A stretch of 64,000 bases of DNA from a virus, in IMG/VR virus record IMGVR_UViG_3300045995_000378; one strand, given 5' to 3'. Below are positions 1-8,048 of the stretch, piece after piece. A model generated the notes under the pieces. That model had not been told where the DNA came from and did no database searches. It was given only the letters and a program-made list of their open reading frames with translations. Position numbers and translations under genes: made by a program. Position 1 is the first letter of the stretch. Each line of letters begins with the position of its first letter.

Positions 1-55
1 GTTACGTGGGTTGTCTGGATAGAAAGTATCCCCCTCCCCCCCACTATATGTAATG

Positions 56-69
56 ATATTATATAGTTA
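56..69 (+). repeat. copy 1 of 14-mer ATATTATATAGTTA in the 600-bp non-coding leader
   Basis: exact 14-mer repeated at 329..342; AT-rich, TATA-like. Confidence 0.5.
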
Positions 70-328
70 CAGGTGGTACGTGGTGGGGGAATAGCTGAAT
101 CCTGTCCTCTGCACATACAATGTGTCAAATACGCGTACTTTGGGGAATAGGTTAATGAATATAGGCAGTTGCGTTTTTCACGTGGTTTACATAAGTCGGA
201 AATCGGCATTATACGAGGGCAATATGAGAAAATGGATTGCCTCTGACCTGTGAGAATGACCGGAAATTTTGACCTGGCAGAAGGGTGCCGAGCTATAACA
301 ATAAGGGGAGAAAAATATATTGTGTACA

Positions 329-342
329 ATATTATATAGTTA
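329..342 (+). repeat. copy 2 of 14-mer ATATTATATAGTTA; possible -10 region or operator upstream of early plus-strand genes
   Basis: exact repeat of 56..69; TTGTGT-N17-TAAATT context. Confidence 0.4.
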
Positions 343-600
343 TAAATTATTATCGATTATCGTGGCGGGTGGCATGGATCATGCTCTAGATATAGCAGAC
401 AAGCAGGCAACTAAACCACTAACAGGAGGGCAGGCAAATGAAATTAAGCGAGATAGCAATCAACCAGTGTAAAACAGGGACCACCTGCCAGGGATGCCCG
501 GCGCATAACACGCCACAGTGTAACACCATAGCAGTATTGGCAATGATAAGACGTACTAATGATAAATGATAGCACTACTTAATAATAGGAGGCAAGTATC

Positions 601-798
601 ATGGATACAATGATCATCATGGCAGAGCGACAGGATAACGGTAAGTACATAATGACAGCCGATAACGGCGAGTTGCCGCAAGAGGGTAATGAGCACAACA
701 GCAAGCAGTCTGTATATAAGGATTGCAAGGCAATGTATGAGGGCGCAACATGGCAAGGGCGCAAAGTACATAGTGGATATCGGATAGTGATAGATTAG
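601..798 (+). CDS. hypothetical early protein (65 aa)
   Basis: ORF with AGGAGG SD 8 nt upstream. Confidence 0.55.
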   Translation: MDTMIIMAERQDNGKYIMTADNGELPQEGNEHNSKQSVYKDCKAMYEGATWQGRKVHSGYRIVID

Positions 799-847
799 CT
801 TAATCCTTTTACCCTGCTCTATCGCAAGGGCATAACTTGAAAGGGGT

Positions 848-1030
848 ATGATTATGAAATGCAATCAATGCGAAGCTGCTATGATTAACGGGATTTTTTG
901 TCATGAGCACGGATGTCCGAACTCAAGAAAAATCTACTCAGAGGAATCAGGACAATGGGAAAGAACCTTTACGTGCTCTTACTGTGGATATGAATATCCA
1001 GAGGATGAAACTTGTTGCGAGAAAGATTAA
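848..1030 (+). CDS. Cys-rich zinc-ribbon protein (60 aa)
   Basis: CxxC...HEHGC...CxxC pattern; GAAAGGGG SD. Confidence 0.55.
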   Translation: MIMKCNQCEAAMINGIFCHEHGCPNSRKIYSEESGQWERTFTCSYCGYEYPEDETCCEKD

Positions 1031-1131
1031 CATACTATCAACAAGATGCAAGCGATTAAATAAGTAGACATACTGGCGGGCATACCGGGAACGAGGGCAT
1101 ACCATCAACTGAACTATAGGAGGGCATACCA

Positions 1132-1329
1132 ATGAGGCAGACAATTAGTAATGATTTCCATAACATGAAAATTACCATTAACAAAACAGACAAGCAGTTA
1201 GACGCTATCTCATACCGGATATATAGTGGCACTGCAAGCAAGGCAGATAAGGCATACCGGCGAAAATTGCATAATGCCTTATGCGGGAGTGATGAGTGTA
1301 CCTGTGGCGATGATTTTGGCAGGCGGTAA
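1132..1329 (+). CDS. hypothetical early protein (65 aa)
   Basis: AGGAGGGCATACCA-ATG context. Confidence 0.5.
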   Translation: MRQTISNDFHNMKITINKTDKQLDAISYRIYSGTASKADKAYRRKLHNALCGSDECTCGDDFGRR

Positions 1330-1382
1330 TAGCGGTAATAGCTAACATACCAACAACTTTAATTAATTGAAAGGAGAACAAT

Positions 1383-1637
1383 ATGAAAAGGAACTATCAG
1401 GAACTAATCACACGAAAACAGCGGGAACATGGGGCAAAGTTTGACACTTCGGATCTTAACCAAGAATTTATTAAGCACTACGAATCAGGGGAAAGGGTAA
1501 CAGTAAACTTTGGATATGAGAAAAAACGGGGGACAATAGGAGTCACTACCGGGTGGAAACCTTGTTTTTTGCTTATGCTGAGGAGTAACTCCAGAGGGTC
1601 CAGTTATACTATCGGGAAAAATGACAAGGTTGTTTAA
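1383..1637 (+). CDS. hypothetical early protein (84 aa)
   Basis: AAAGGAGAACAAT-ATG SD. Confidence 0.55.
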   Translation: MKRNYQELITRKQREHGAKFDTSDLNQEFIKHYESGERVTVNFGYEKKRGTIGVTTGWKPCFLLMLRSNSRGSSYTIGKNDKVV

Positions 1638-1671
1638 TAGCATACCAACAACGATGAAAGGGGTACATACC

Positions 1672-1881
1672 ATGACTAACAATGAAGCAAAAAAGATCAT
1701 AAGCAACAAACTTAATGAACTTAACCTCCCAGCTTTTAAACTTACCGCAAAAACGATTGACTTTACGGACCTGGCGAGAGCAAGCAAGCTGTTCGTCAAA
1801 ATTCACGGTTGGAAACCATCGCCATTATGGGTTGACCTCCAGAAAACAGCAAAGGAAAACGGGTTTTTAATCCAAGATTAA
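1672..1881 (+). CDS. hypothetical early protein (start trimmed to the ATG after GAAAGGGG SD)
   Basis: SD GAAAGGGGTACATACC-ATG; track ORF 1621..1881 is extended upstream. Confidence 0.5.
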   Translation: MTNNEAKKIISNKLNELNLPAFKLTAKTIDFTDLARASKLFVKIHGWKPSPLWVDLQKTAKENGFLIQD

Positions 1882-1912
1882 ACATACCATCAACCATAAA
1901 GGAGTGCATACC

Positions 1913-2233
1913 ATGACAAAGCAAGAAAGAATTGATTCATTACTACCTGAGGGCATACCAAAGTGGATCAGAGCATTTGACAATGGCGGGAAAACTTTTG
2001 ACCGTTATACGGTAATATTTTCACATACTCACAGCTTTGGACTGAGAGGCTATACGGTGGGTGTGGGAATGTCGGAAAATCCCTTTCATCCGCAGGGGTT
2101 CGGTCAACACTTCGAGTATAAACGCCAGGACTATAACGGGCGGAGTGGCGGAAAGAGAATCACGTTTCAGGAATTGCCGGAAAAGTGCCGGGAACTGGTT
2201 TTATCGGATTATAAGGATTATTGGAAATTGTAA
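1913..2233 (+). CDS. hypothetical early protein (106 aa)
   Basis: AAAGGAGTGCATACC-ATG; track ORF starts 9 nt earlier. Confidence 0.55.
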   Translation: MTKQERIDSLLPEGIPKWIRAFDNGGKTFDRYTVIFSHTHSFGLRGYTVGVGMSENPFHPQGFGQHFEYKRQDYNGRSGGKRITFQELPEKCRELVLSDYKDYWKL

Positions 2234-2272
2234 AATATCAACATACCATCAAACTTAACAGGAGGTTACAAA

Positions 2273-2419
2273 ATAGAATTTCTAAAATGTAAGCGGTGTA
2301 CTTATGAATGGTTGCCGAGGCCGAGGTTCAAGGGGGAGAAGCCTAAGCAGTGCCCGAGGTGTAAACAATTGACCTGGGAAACGGGACTATTACCACGGAT
2401 TAAACGGGAAAAGGAATAA
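2273..2419 (+). CDS. candidate zinc-ribbon protein (CKRC...CPRC); no ATG/GTG/TTG start, in frame directly after the TAA of the upstream gene
   Basis: AGGAGG SD 7 nt before an ATA codon; paralogous to the minus-strand zinc ribbon at 14753..14896. Confidence 0.35.
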   Translation: MEFLKCKRCTYEWLPRPRFKGEKPKQCPRCKQLTWETGLLPRIKREKE

Positions 2420-2462
2420 TTAAGCATACCATCAACAGACATACCATAGGAGGAATTGAAAA

Positions 2463-2690
2463 ATGGAAATCATTGGATATTATGATCTTGACGGGTATAG
2501 GATAGAAGACAACCTTGACGGTGAAATATTATATGAGGCCGGGAATAATCCGCTTGAGAGTACAAGCCACGTTGACCATGCAGACGGATTGCCGATTGAA
2601 AAGATTATTGAATACTGCATATTGACAGGGCAGGAAATGGCAGAGGAATTGAAAGCGGAGTTTAAAGGAGCGTATTTGATTGAGGAATAA
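2463..2690 (+). CDS. hypothetical early protein (75 aa, acidic)
   Basis: ATAGGAGGAATTGAAAA-ATG. Confidence 0.55.
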   Translation: MEIIGYYDLDGYRIEDNLDGEILYEAGNNPLESTSHVDHADGLPIEKIIEYCILTGQEMAEELKAEFKGAYLIEE

Positions 2691-2751
2691 ACAAGCATAC
2701 CAGAGGCGGGAATATATCAACATACCATCAACAAATCGAAAGGGGTTTATT

Positions 2752-2940
2752 ATGAAAATCACGGTTACAGTACCACCGACAAATGAGCAGGGAAGTTATA
2801 AAACCATAGTCAAGGGTTCGTATTTGCAGACATACCGGGCAGAGGCTTTGCAAGATTATAATTCAGCACGCGCTCATGATGGACTTGAACCACTGCGGAG
2901 AATGCCAAAGGGGACGACATACCAGAGAGCGGCTTTATAA
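2752..2940 (+). CDS. hypothetical early protein (start trimmed)
   Basis: GAAAGGGGTTTATT-ATG. Confidence 0.5.
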   Translation: MKITVTVPPTNEQGSYKTIVKGSYLQTYRAEALQDYNSARAHDGLEPLRRMPKGTTYQRAAL

Positions 2941-2986
2941 CATACCGGATTTTATAACATACCAGACGACGAAAGGGGAATAAATC

Positions 2987-5227
2987 ATGGTTTACAATAT
3001 CAATTTCGCAACGGGGAAATTAGAGGCTATAGATTGCAGCGATAAGAATAATTTGCCAGTGGGGACGGTACTTCACATGCACGGGTATAATGAGCCGGAG
3101 TATGTGATCGTTGAGAAGGTGGGTATTGATACCAAATACGGGACCGGCGCGAAATATCGGACTTTAAATATTGATGATCTAATCTATAGCCAAAAAGAGG
3201 CAAGCGGCCTTATGTGGCTGAAGGATAAGAAAAGCGATATGATTCAGACCTATATCACGGAAAGGGTATTGACGGTTGAACAGGTCCGGGAACTGGTTAG
3301 CAAGGCGGATGTTAAAAAGTTAGCGTCTGACACATACCGGGCCAATGCTGAGATTGAACGGGCACGGCTGGAAACCATAGGCAGGGAACTGTTCAAGAAG
3401 CACATACCAGAAAGTGCACAGGCTCTAATTGTTGCGGAATGTCATAAGGACGAAAGTAACATGATGGAGGATTACCACGGGCATACCACGAAAGCCACTG
3501 TGATTATCGGGTATAGTATGCACAAAAAAGACCTATTTTCCGAAATGAGAAAGGCAGCGGCTCGCATACCGGAAACGGCACACCTGGGGCCGGGGAAGGG
3601 GCACTTTGAGCCACGGGTAATAATTGGACAGGATTTCCAGAGCAACGGGTCGTTTTATCACAAGGGGTCATATTCGCATTGGCACCAGAAATTGACAGAG
3701 GATGAAAGCCGGGCCGGATATAACAGGGGCTTTGTATTCCCTACAATGGCGGAGGCTCAGGCTTTTATTGATAGCAAGGGGCCTGCATACCCGATATCAT
3801 TTGACGGTGTGAGCATACTCTTTGAATGGGATATAGTGGAAAGTAAGATCGAACATCGGGAGAAGTATTCAATGGGGGCGGGGTATTACCTGAAAGATGG
3901 GCATAGTAATTCCAGCGGGTGGGCTGTGTCAAAGGAAACAAGGTATCGGGACCAGTGGCCGAGCAACTTCTATGTGGCTATGGCTGAAAGGTGCATATTT
4001 GAGACAGCCGCACCCATACCGCCAACACCCACCAAGAAGCAGGATCTAGAGCATACGACCGACACGACCACGACCGCACCGGCGACACATACCGAGGGCG
4101 TAACCGTAACCAAAAATGTTGAGAAGTCCGGGATTGAAATCAGGTTCCCGAATAAACCAGCCGTTACAATTCTTAATAATCTCAAAGCTCACGGGTGGAG
4201 GTGGACTAATTACGGCGGGTGCTGGTATCATAAGGACACGCCGGACAATTGGACTTTTGCGCAGACCTTCACGGGTCAGGATATATCGGAAAGCATACCG
4301 ACCGACACGACAGCGGAACCCATACCGGCCACCATACTGCAACGGACAACCTCAGACATCCCCGCTAAACTCCGCACCTTAGCCGATGAGATGGAAAAGA
4401 CTATTGATGGAAAAATGAACAGTGCAACCAGTCAACAGAATCCGACACGGCGACGATTAGCAATGGCGGAGGGTATGCGTAAAGATGGGGAGAATTTGCA
4501 AAAGGTGCAGTTTTTGCTTAGGGCATTGGCAGATATGCACGAGGCCGGGACCGTGCCGCTTGAACTGGCAAAGGTCACATCAAAGGCCGCCGCCCAGGTT
4601 GCCTTGACTGGTTGGGGCGGGGATAAAATCCAGGCCGCTGTTGACATTGCCAATGGTAAGCCGCCCGAAGATGCAAAGGCTAAGACGCTAAGGGACTTGG
4701 ACCGGGAGCTTATAGGGTGCAAGATACCGGGGTTTTTCATCACGCCGAAAAATGTTGCCGCTCAGGTGATTGAACTGGCAGACATACGGGAAGGCATGGA
4801 GGTCTTGGAACCATCAGCAGGCCGAGGCGATATTGCCGAGCTTGTCAACCACGGTTCACATTTAACCTGCATTGAGTACCAGCAGAAATTGGCGGGCATA
4901 CTGGATCTGAAGGGGTTTAATACGATTTGTGGGGACTTTTTGGAGCATACCGGGAGTTATGACCGCATCTGCCAAAATCCACCCTTCGAGAATTTTCAAG
5001 ACATTTCCCATGTCCGCCATGCCTTTGATTGCCTTAAACCTGGGGGCCGTCTGGTTTCAATCATGGGTGAAAGTGCCTTCTTCCGTCAAGACCGCATACC
5101 GACCGAGTTCAGAGAATGGCTTGACGATAAGGGGGCCGAGGTCATTGATTTACCAGCGGGGAGCTTTCAAGGAACTATCACCAGCACAGGAGTTAAGGCA
5201 CGTATAGTGATTATTGACAAGGATTAG
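2987..5227 (+). CDS. 746-aa multidomain early protein; N-terminal and central regions unknown with Thr/Pro-rich linkers; C-terminal gamma-class N6-adenine DNA methyltransferase domain
   Basis: motif I VLEPSAGRGDI followed ~50 aa later by motif IV NPPFE; SD GAAAGGGGAATAAATC-ATG; 11 internal CATACC copies. Confidence 0.6.
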   Translation: MVYNINFATGKLEAIDCSDKNNLPVGTVLHMHGYNEPEYVIVEKVGIDTKYGTGAKYRTLNIDDLIYSQKEASGLMWLKDKKSDMIQTYITERVLTVEQVRELVSKADVKKLASDTYRANAEIERARLETIGRELFKKHIPESAQALIVAECHKDESNMMEDYHGHTTKATVIIGYSMHKKDLFSEMRKAAARIPETAHLGPGKGHFEPRVIIGQDFQSNGSFYHKGSYSHWHQKLTEDESRAGYNRGFVFPTMAEAQAFIDSKGPAYPISFDGVSILFEWDIVESKIEHREKYSMGAGYYLKDGHSNSSGWAVSKETRYRDQWPSNFYVAMAERCIFETAAPIPPTPTKKQDLEHTTDTTTTAPATHTEGVTVTKNVEKSGIEIRFPNKPAVTILNNLKAHGWRWTNYGGCWYHKDTPDNWTFAQTFTGQDISESIPTDTTAEPIPATILQRTTSDIPAKLRTLADEMEKTIDGKMNSATSQQNPTRRRLAMAEGMRKDGENLQKVQFLLRALADMHEAGTVPLELAKVTSKAAAQVALTGWGGDKIQAAVDIANGKPPEDAKAKTLRDLDRELIGCKIPGFFITPKNVAAQVIELADIREGMEVLEPSAGRGDIAELVNHGSHLTCIEYQQKLAGILDLKGFNTICGDFLEHTGSYDRICQNPPFENFQDISHVRHAFDCLKPGGRLVSIMGESAFFRQDRIPTEFREWLDDKGAEVIDLPAGSFQGTITSTGVKARIVIIDKD

Positions 5228-5277
5228 CATACCGGACATACCGGGAACTTTAACGCATACCATGAAAGGGGCATACC

Positions 5278-5463
5278 ATGATTAAGATAGGCAATGAAAA
5301 ACTGTTCACCATGACGGAGTTACTGGAGAATTTAGTAGAAGATATCAAGACAAGCGAGTTAGATGCTGAGGTGGTAGAGATAGCATTTATCACGGTGGGG
5401 AATATCATCGGAGAATCGGCGGATTTTGTGCGCGGATTCGTAACGAGTAGAAGGGAGGGGTGA
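5278..5463 (+). CDS. hypothetical early protein (61 aa)
   Basis: GAAAGGGGCATACC-ATG. Confidence 0.5.
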   Translation: MIKIGNEKLFTMTELLENLVEDIKTSELDAEVVEIAFITVGNIIGESADFVRGFVTSRREG

Positions 5464-5466
5464 AAA

Positions 5467-5721
5467 ATGGAAAATGTAGGATGCAAAAAAATCATAGGTG
5501 GCTATCCAAAGTATATCGTGTTACATGAGGACGGATGCTGCGGACATAAACACCGGAGCTTAAACAATGCCATGAAATGCTATGACCATTATGACCTGAC
5601 AAGCAATGTCGTGATGGTAACGCTATCGAAAGAATGCAGCAAAGTCGATACGCTGTGGATTGACCATTGCCTGCTGAAACATACCTCGGTGAGGGAGATG
5701 GCGGAAGTATTGGAGGCTTAA
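5467..5721 (+). CDS. Cys/His-rich early protein (84 aa)
   Basis: GGAGGGGGTGAAAA-ATG. Confidence 0.5.
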   Translation: MENVGCKKIIGGYPKYIVLHEDGCCGHKHRSLNNAMKCYDHYDLTSNVVMVTLSKECSKVDTLWIDHCLLKHTSVREMAEVLEA

Positions 5722-5748
5722 TAAACGACATACAAGGAGGTGCATACC

Positions 5749-5958
5749 ATGTTGAATAAGATTAAAGTTTATACTGAGGTTGGCGCAAAGGCGGGACGGG
5801 CAAGAAAGCATCACGACGAAGCGACGGCGCGAAGCCATATTGACTGGTTCAGGCGGGCCGTGAGACTGGAAGCCGATACTGACCTTGCGGAAATAACCGA
5901 GGCTTTTAATGCCGCATACCGGGAGGAGGCCACGCCTTCAGTTAGGGGGATGATATGA
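5749..5958 (+). CDS. hypothetical early protein (69 aa)
   Basis: AAGGAGGTGCATACC-ATG; overlaps the next gene by ATGA. Confidence 0.55.
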   Translation: MLNKIKVYTEVGAKAGRARKHHDEATARSHIDWFRRAVRLEADTDLAEITEAFNAAYREEATPSVRGMI

Positions 5959-6146
5959 GCCGGGCACTGGAAATCAAATATATCGGCGCGGTTGCTTTGC
6001 TCGGCAGGCTATCACCGCAAATCAGGGACGATGACGACCGTTATTGTATAAAGCAGGCGATGGACGACCTGCTGGCTGAGATGCCGGGACGGTTTGAAAT
6101 CTGGAAAGTGTCGGGCGGGTTTTCGCTTGAACCAAAACGGGATTGA
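5955..6146 (+). CDS. hypothetical early protein (63 aa)
   Basis: ATGA overlap with the upstream gene. Confidence 0.5.
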   Translation: MSRALEIKYIGAVALLGRLSPQIRDDDDRYCIKQAMDDLLAEMPGRFEIWKVSGGFSLEPKRD

Positions 6147-6168
6147 CATACCACAGGGGGAAGAGACG

Positions 6169-6429
6169 ATGAATTATGACATAGCTTTCGACAATGAACA
6201 CCTGCGTGAAGACCAGGAAATTGAATGGCACCGAGAAAATGCCGAAACCATACTTCCTCCCTCTCTGATCTCCGCTCTAAAACACTCAAACGAGGTGAGA
6301 CAGGCAAGAATCGATAATCTCATGGACGAGAACATAATATTGACCGCCCTGCTGAGTGACATGTGGGAGCGGCGGTACGGGACAACGGAAGGATTTGATA
6401 GCTGGCTGAAAGGGAGGATTGAAAAATGA
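6169..6429 (+). CDS. hypothetical early protein (86 aa, start trimmed)
   Basis: GGGGGAAGAGACG-ATG. Confidence 0.5.
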   Translation: MNYDIAFDNEHLREDQEIEWHRENAETILPPSLISALKHSNEVRQARIDNLMDENIILTALLSDMWERRYGTTEGFDSWLKGRIEK

Positions 6430-6593
6430 GCAAATTTCATGTTGGAGTAGTCTGCGGAATAATTATTGGTATGCTGATCCAATGGTTTGGATACAGTCTT
6501 GCAGAATTATGGAAGGAGTTGTCGAAAAACAAGAAAGCTAAAAAGAATAGCCTAGCATACCGGCGGGCGCTGAAGGAAAAATATGATTTATAG
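6426..6593 (+). CDS. small membrane protein (55 aa), not in the ORF track
   Basis: ATGA overlap with upstream stop; AGGGAGG SD; one hydrophobic helix then a basic tail. Confidence 0.5.
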   Translation: MSKFHVGVVCGIIIGMLIQWFGYSLAELWKELSKNKKAKKNSLAYRRALKEKYDL

Positions 6594-6626
6594 ACATACT
6601 GCATACCATCAAGAACGGAGATAACT

Positions 6627-6710
6627 ATGGAAGCGTTTGGAATCTGGATAGCGATAATGTCGGTAGCAACTATCTATCTTTTTAGTCGATGGGATGGAAG
6701 TATGTGGTGA
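6627..6710 (+). CDS. 27-aa hydrophobic peptide, not in the ORF track
   Basis: ACGGAGATAACT-ATG; single transmembrane-like segment. Confidence 0.35.
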   Translation: MEAFGIWIAIMSVATIYLFSRWDGSMW

Positions 6711-6791
6711 AAATTTAGACATACCGGAATATCTCGCATACCGGCATACCAGTGGGCTGCGTCACGATAATCGCGGAGAAAGTAGGAAGAA

Positions 6792-7079
6792 ATGGAAAGA
6801 GAACAGGCGATTGCCTTATCAGAAAGTAAGTTTTGGGAGCCAATGTCGTTTCGAGAACGTGCCGTATTCCAGATTAACGAGCATCGTCTATGCATGCCGT
6901 TTGAAGTATTCCATGAAGCGGTGGAAAAGACTCTTGGTAGGCCGGTATTTACTCATGAATTTGGATTGAATTATGAAGGGTTGAAGAATGAAATTAACAA
7001 CGGTGGCCCATCACCAACAATGGAAGAAATAATCAATATGATACCAGAAGATAAAAGAGTGATTGTTGTGGTAGCATAA
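6792..7079 (+). CDS. hypothetical early protein (95 aa), last gene of the plus-strand block
   Basis: protein-like composition; preferred over overlapping ORF 6694..6969. Confidence 0.5.
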   Translation: MEREQAIALSESKFWEPMSFRERAVFQINEHRLCMPFEVFHEAVEKTLGRPVFTHEFGLNYEGLKNEINNGGPSPTMEEIINMIPEDKRVIVVVA

Positions 7080-7093
7080 TCTCGCCCATACCA

Positions 7094-7120
7094 CCCCCGG
7101 ATTGAATGGCGTCTGGGGTA
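7094..7120. terminator. imperfect GC hairpin (CCCCGGA...TCTGGGG) at the convergence point of the two blocks
   Basis: 7-bp stem with one G-U pair, 10-nt loop, no clear U-run. Confidence 0.25.
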
Positions 7121-7138
7121 CATACCAGACATACCACC

Positions 7139-7327
7139 CTAATTAATTCCTATGGCCTCTACACCCTGTTCGATCAGTAACCTGGCCATGGCCGCCTTTT
7201 TGCGTTTGTTCAACTTAGCGATCTGCTCTAACTGGCATACTGTATCATCTGTTAGAACTATAGTCATCACCCTGGATTTGATGGTTGAACGGTCGGTGAA
7301 CTCCGGGCGACCTCGTTTGGTTAACAT
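7139..7327 (-). CDS. ribbon-helix-helix (Arc/CopG-like) DNA-binding protein
   Basis: beta-strand VMTIVL followed by two helices (DDTVCQLEQIAKLNKRKK, AAMARLLIEQGV); GGAGG SD; start trimmed to the ATG at 7325-7327. Confidence 0.5.
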   Translation of the reverse strand: MLTKRGRPEFTDRSTIKSRVMTIVLTDDTVCQLEQIAKLNKRKKAAMARLLIEQGVEAIGIN

Positions 7328-7397
7328 ACCTACCTCCAAAAGTTAATATTGACATACCATCGCATACCACATGCTATAAATATGGCATACCATTGGA

Positions 7398-7429
7398 GGA
7401 TACATATCATAAGATTTAATACCATGTCA
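7398..7429 (-). promoter_or_regulatory. sigma70-like promoter for the RHH gene (TTGACATGGTATTAAATCTTATGATATGT, minus strand)
   Basis: TTGACA -35 box plus conserved TATTAAAT extension shared with three other minus-strand promoters. Confidence 0.45.
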
Positions 7430-7439
7430 AACAATTTTA

Positions 7440-7637
7440 TTATTCATTTTCTAATGCTTCTAGTACCATTTTCCCGTATTCAGATCCGCGCCGGATACGC
7501 TTCACGATATCCAACTTGTCCTTGTAGCATCCGATAATGTCTACCTGATCCTTGTTGATGATAGCCTTGAATGCGATGAACGTCATGCCATTGTGGGAGA
7601 GGATGTGGGTGTTGCCGTATGTCCAAAGCCTTTCCAT
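7440..7637 (-). CDS. hypothetical protein (65 aa)
   Basis: ORF, weak SD. Confidence 0.4.
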   Translation of the reverse strand: MERLWTYGNTHILSHNGMTFIAFKAIINKDQVDIIGCYKDKLDIVKRIRRGSEYGKMVLEALENE

Positions 7638-7743
7638 CTTATTATCTCTTATCTGGTCGCTACATTTACGCTGCGTGCCTTGGCCCGACCTCCCTCCGTT
7701 CCGGGGTCGTGCCGTTCACGCGCTACATTCGCTTGTCTATCAG

Positions 7744-8022
7744 CTACTCATCCCATTCAATAGTAACTTTGGCATCTTCGGGGATATGTCTAACGCTGGG
7801 AAGTTGAAGACCCTTTAATGTTGTTTCGAGTACCTTATGTTCCTTGACAATTTCCCAATCATCGGCAAGGAACCATTCATCATACATATGTCCAACAGTA
7901 TCCGAGAAACTAAATTCATTGGTAAATATTCCTTTAATTTTAATACATTTTTTATCATCGCTACTATTTCTCTTAATTGCCTGCCCGTCCTTTGCCAATT
8001 TCCATGCTTCGATGATGTTCAT
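7744..8022 (-). CDS. hypothetical protein (92 aa)
   Basis: AAAGGAGACTAT-ATG. Confidence 0.5.
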   Translation of the reverse strand: MNIIEAWKLAKDGQAIKRNSSDDKKCIKIKGIFTNEFSFSDTVGHMYDEWFLADDWEIVKEHKVLETTLKGLQLPSVRHIPEDAKVTIEWDE

Positions 8023-8048
8023 GATAGTCTCCTTTTTTGGTTTAGTGG

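Larger units (their letters stand above)
1040..7420 (+). repeat. array of ~50 same-strand copies of CATACC, as intergenic (A)ACATACCATCAAC and mostly intragenic (R)CATACCGG
   Basis: hand count ~50 plus-strand copies in ~6.4 kb against ~1.5 expected; ~1 plus-strand and ~8 minus-strand copies in the remaining 56 kb. Confidence 0.85.

Noticed and set aside
6694-6969. Plus-strand 91-aa ORF
   Set aside because: It overlaps the more protein-like 6792..7079 ORF and starts inside the 27-aa peptide gene. Arg/Ser-rich out-of-frame composition.
7637-7744. GC-rich imperfect hairpin between two minus-strand genes
   Set aside because: Short 5-bp stem, no U-run. Not confidently a terminator.
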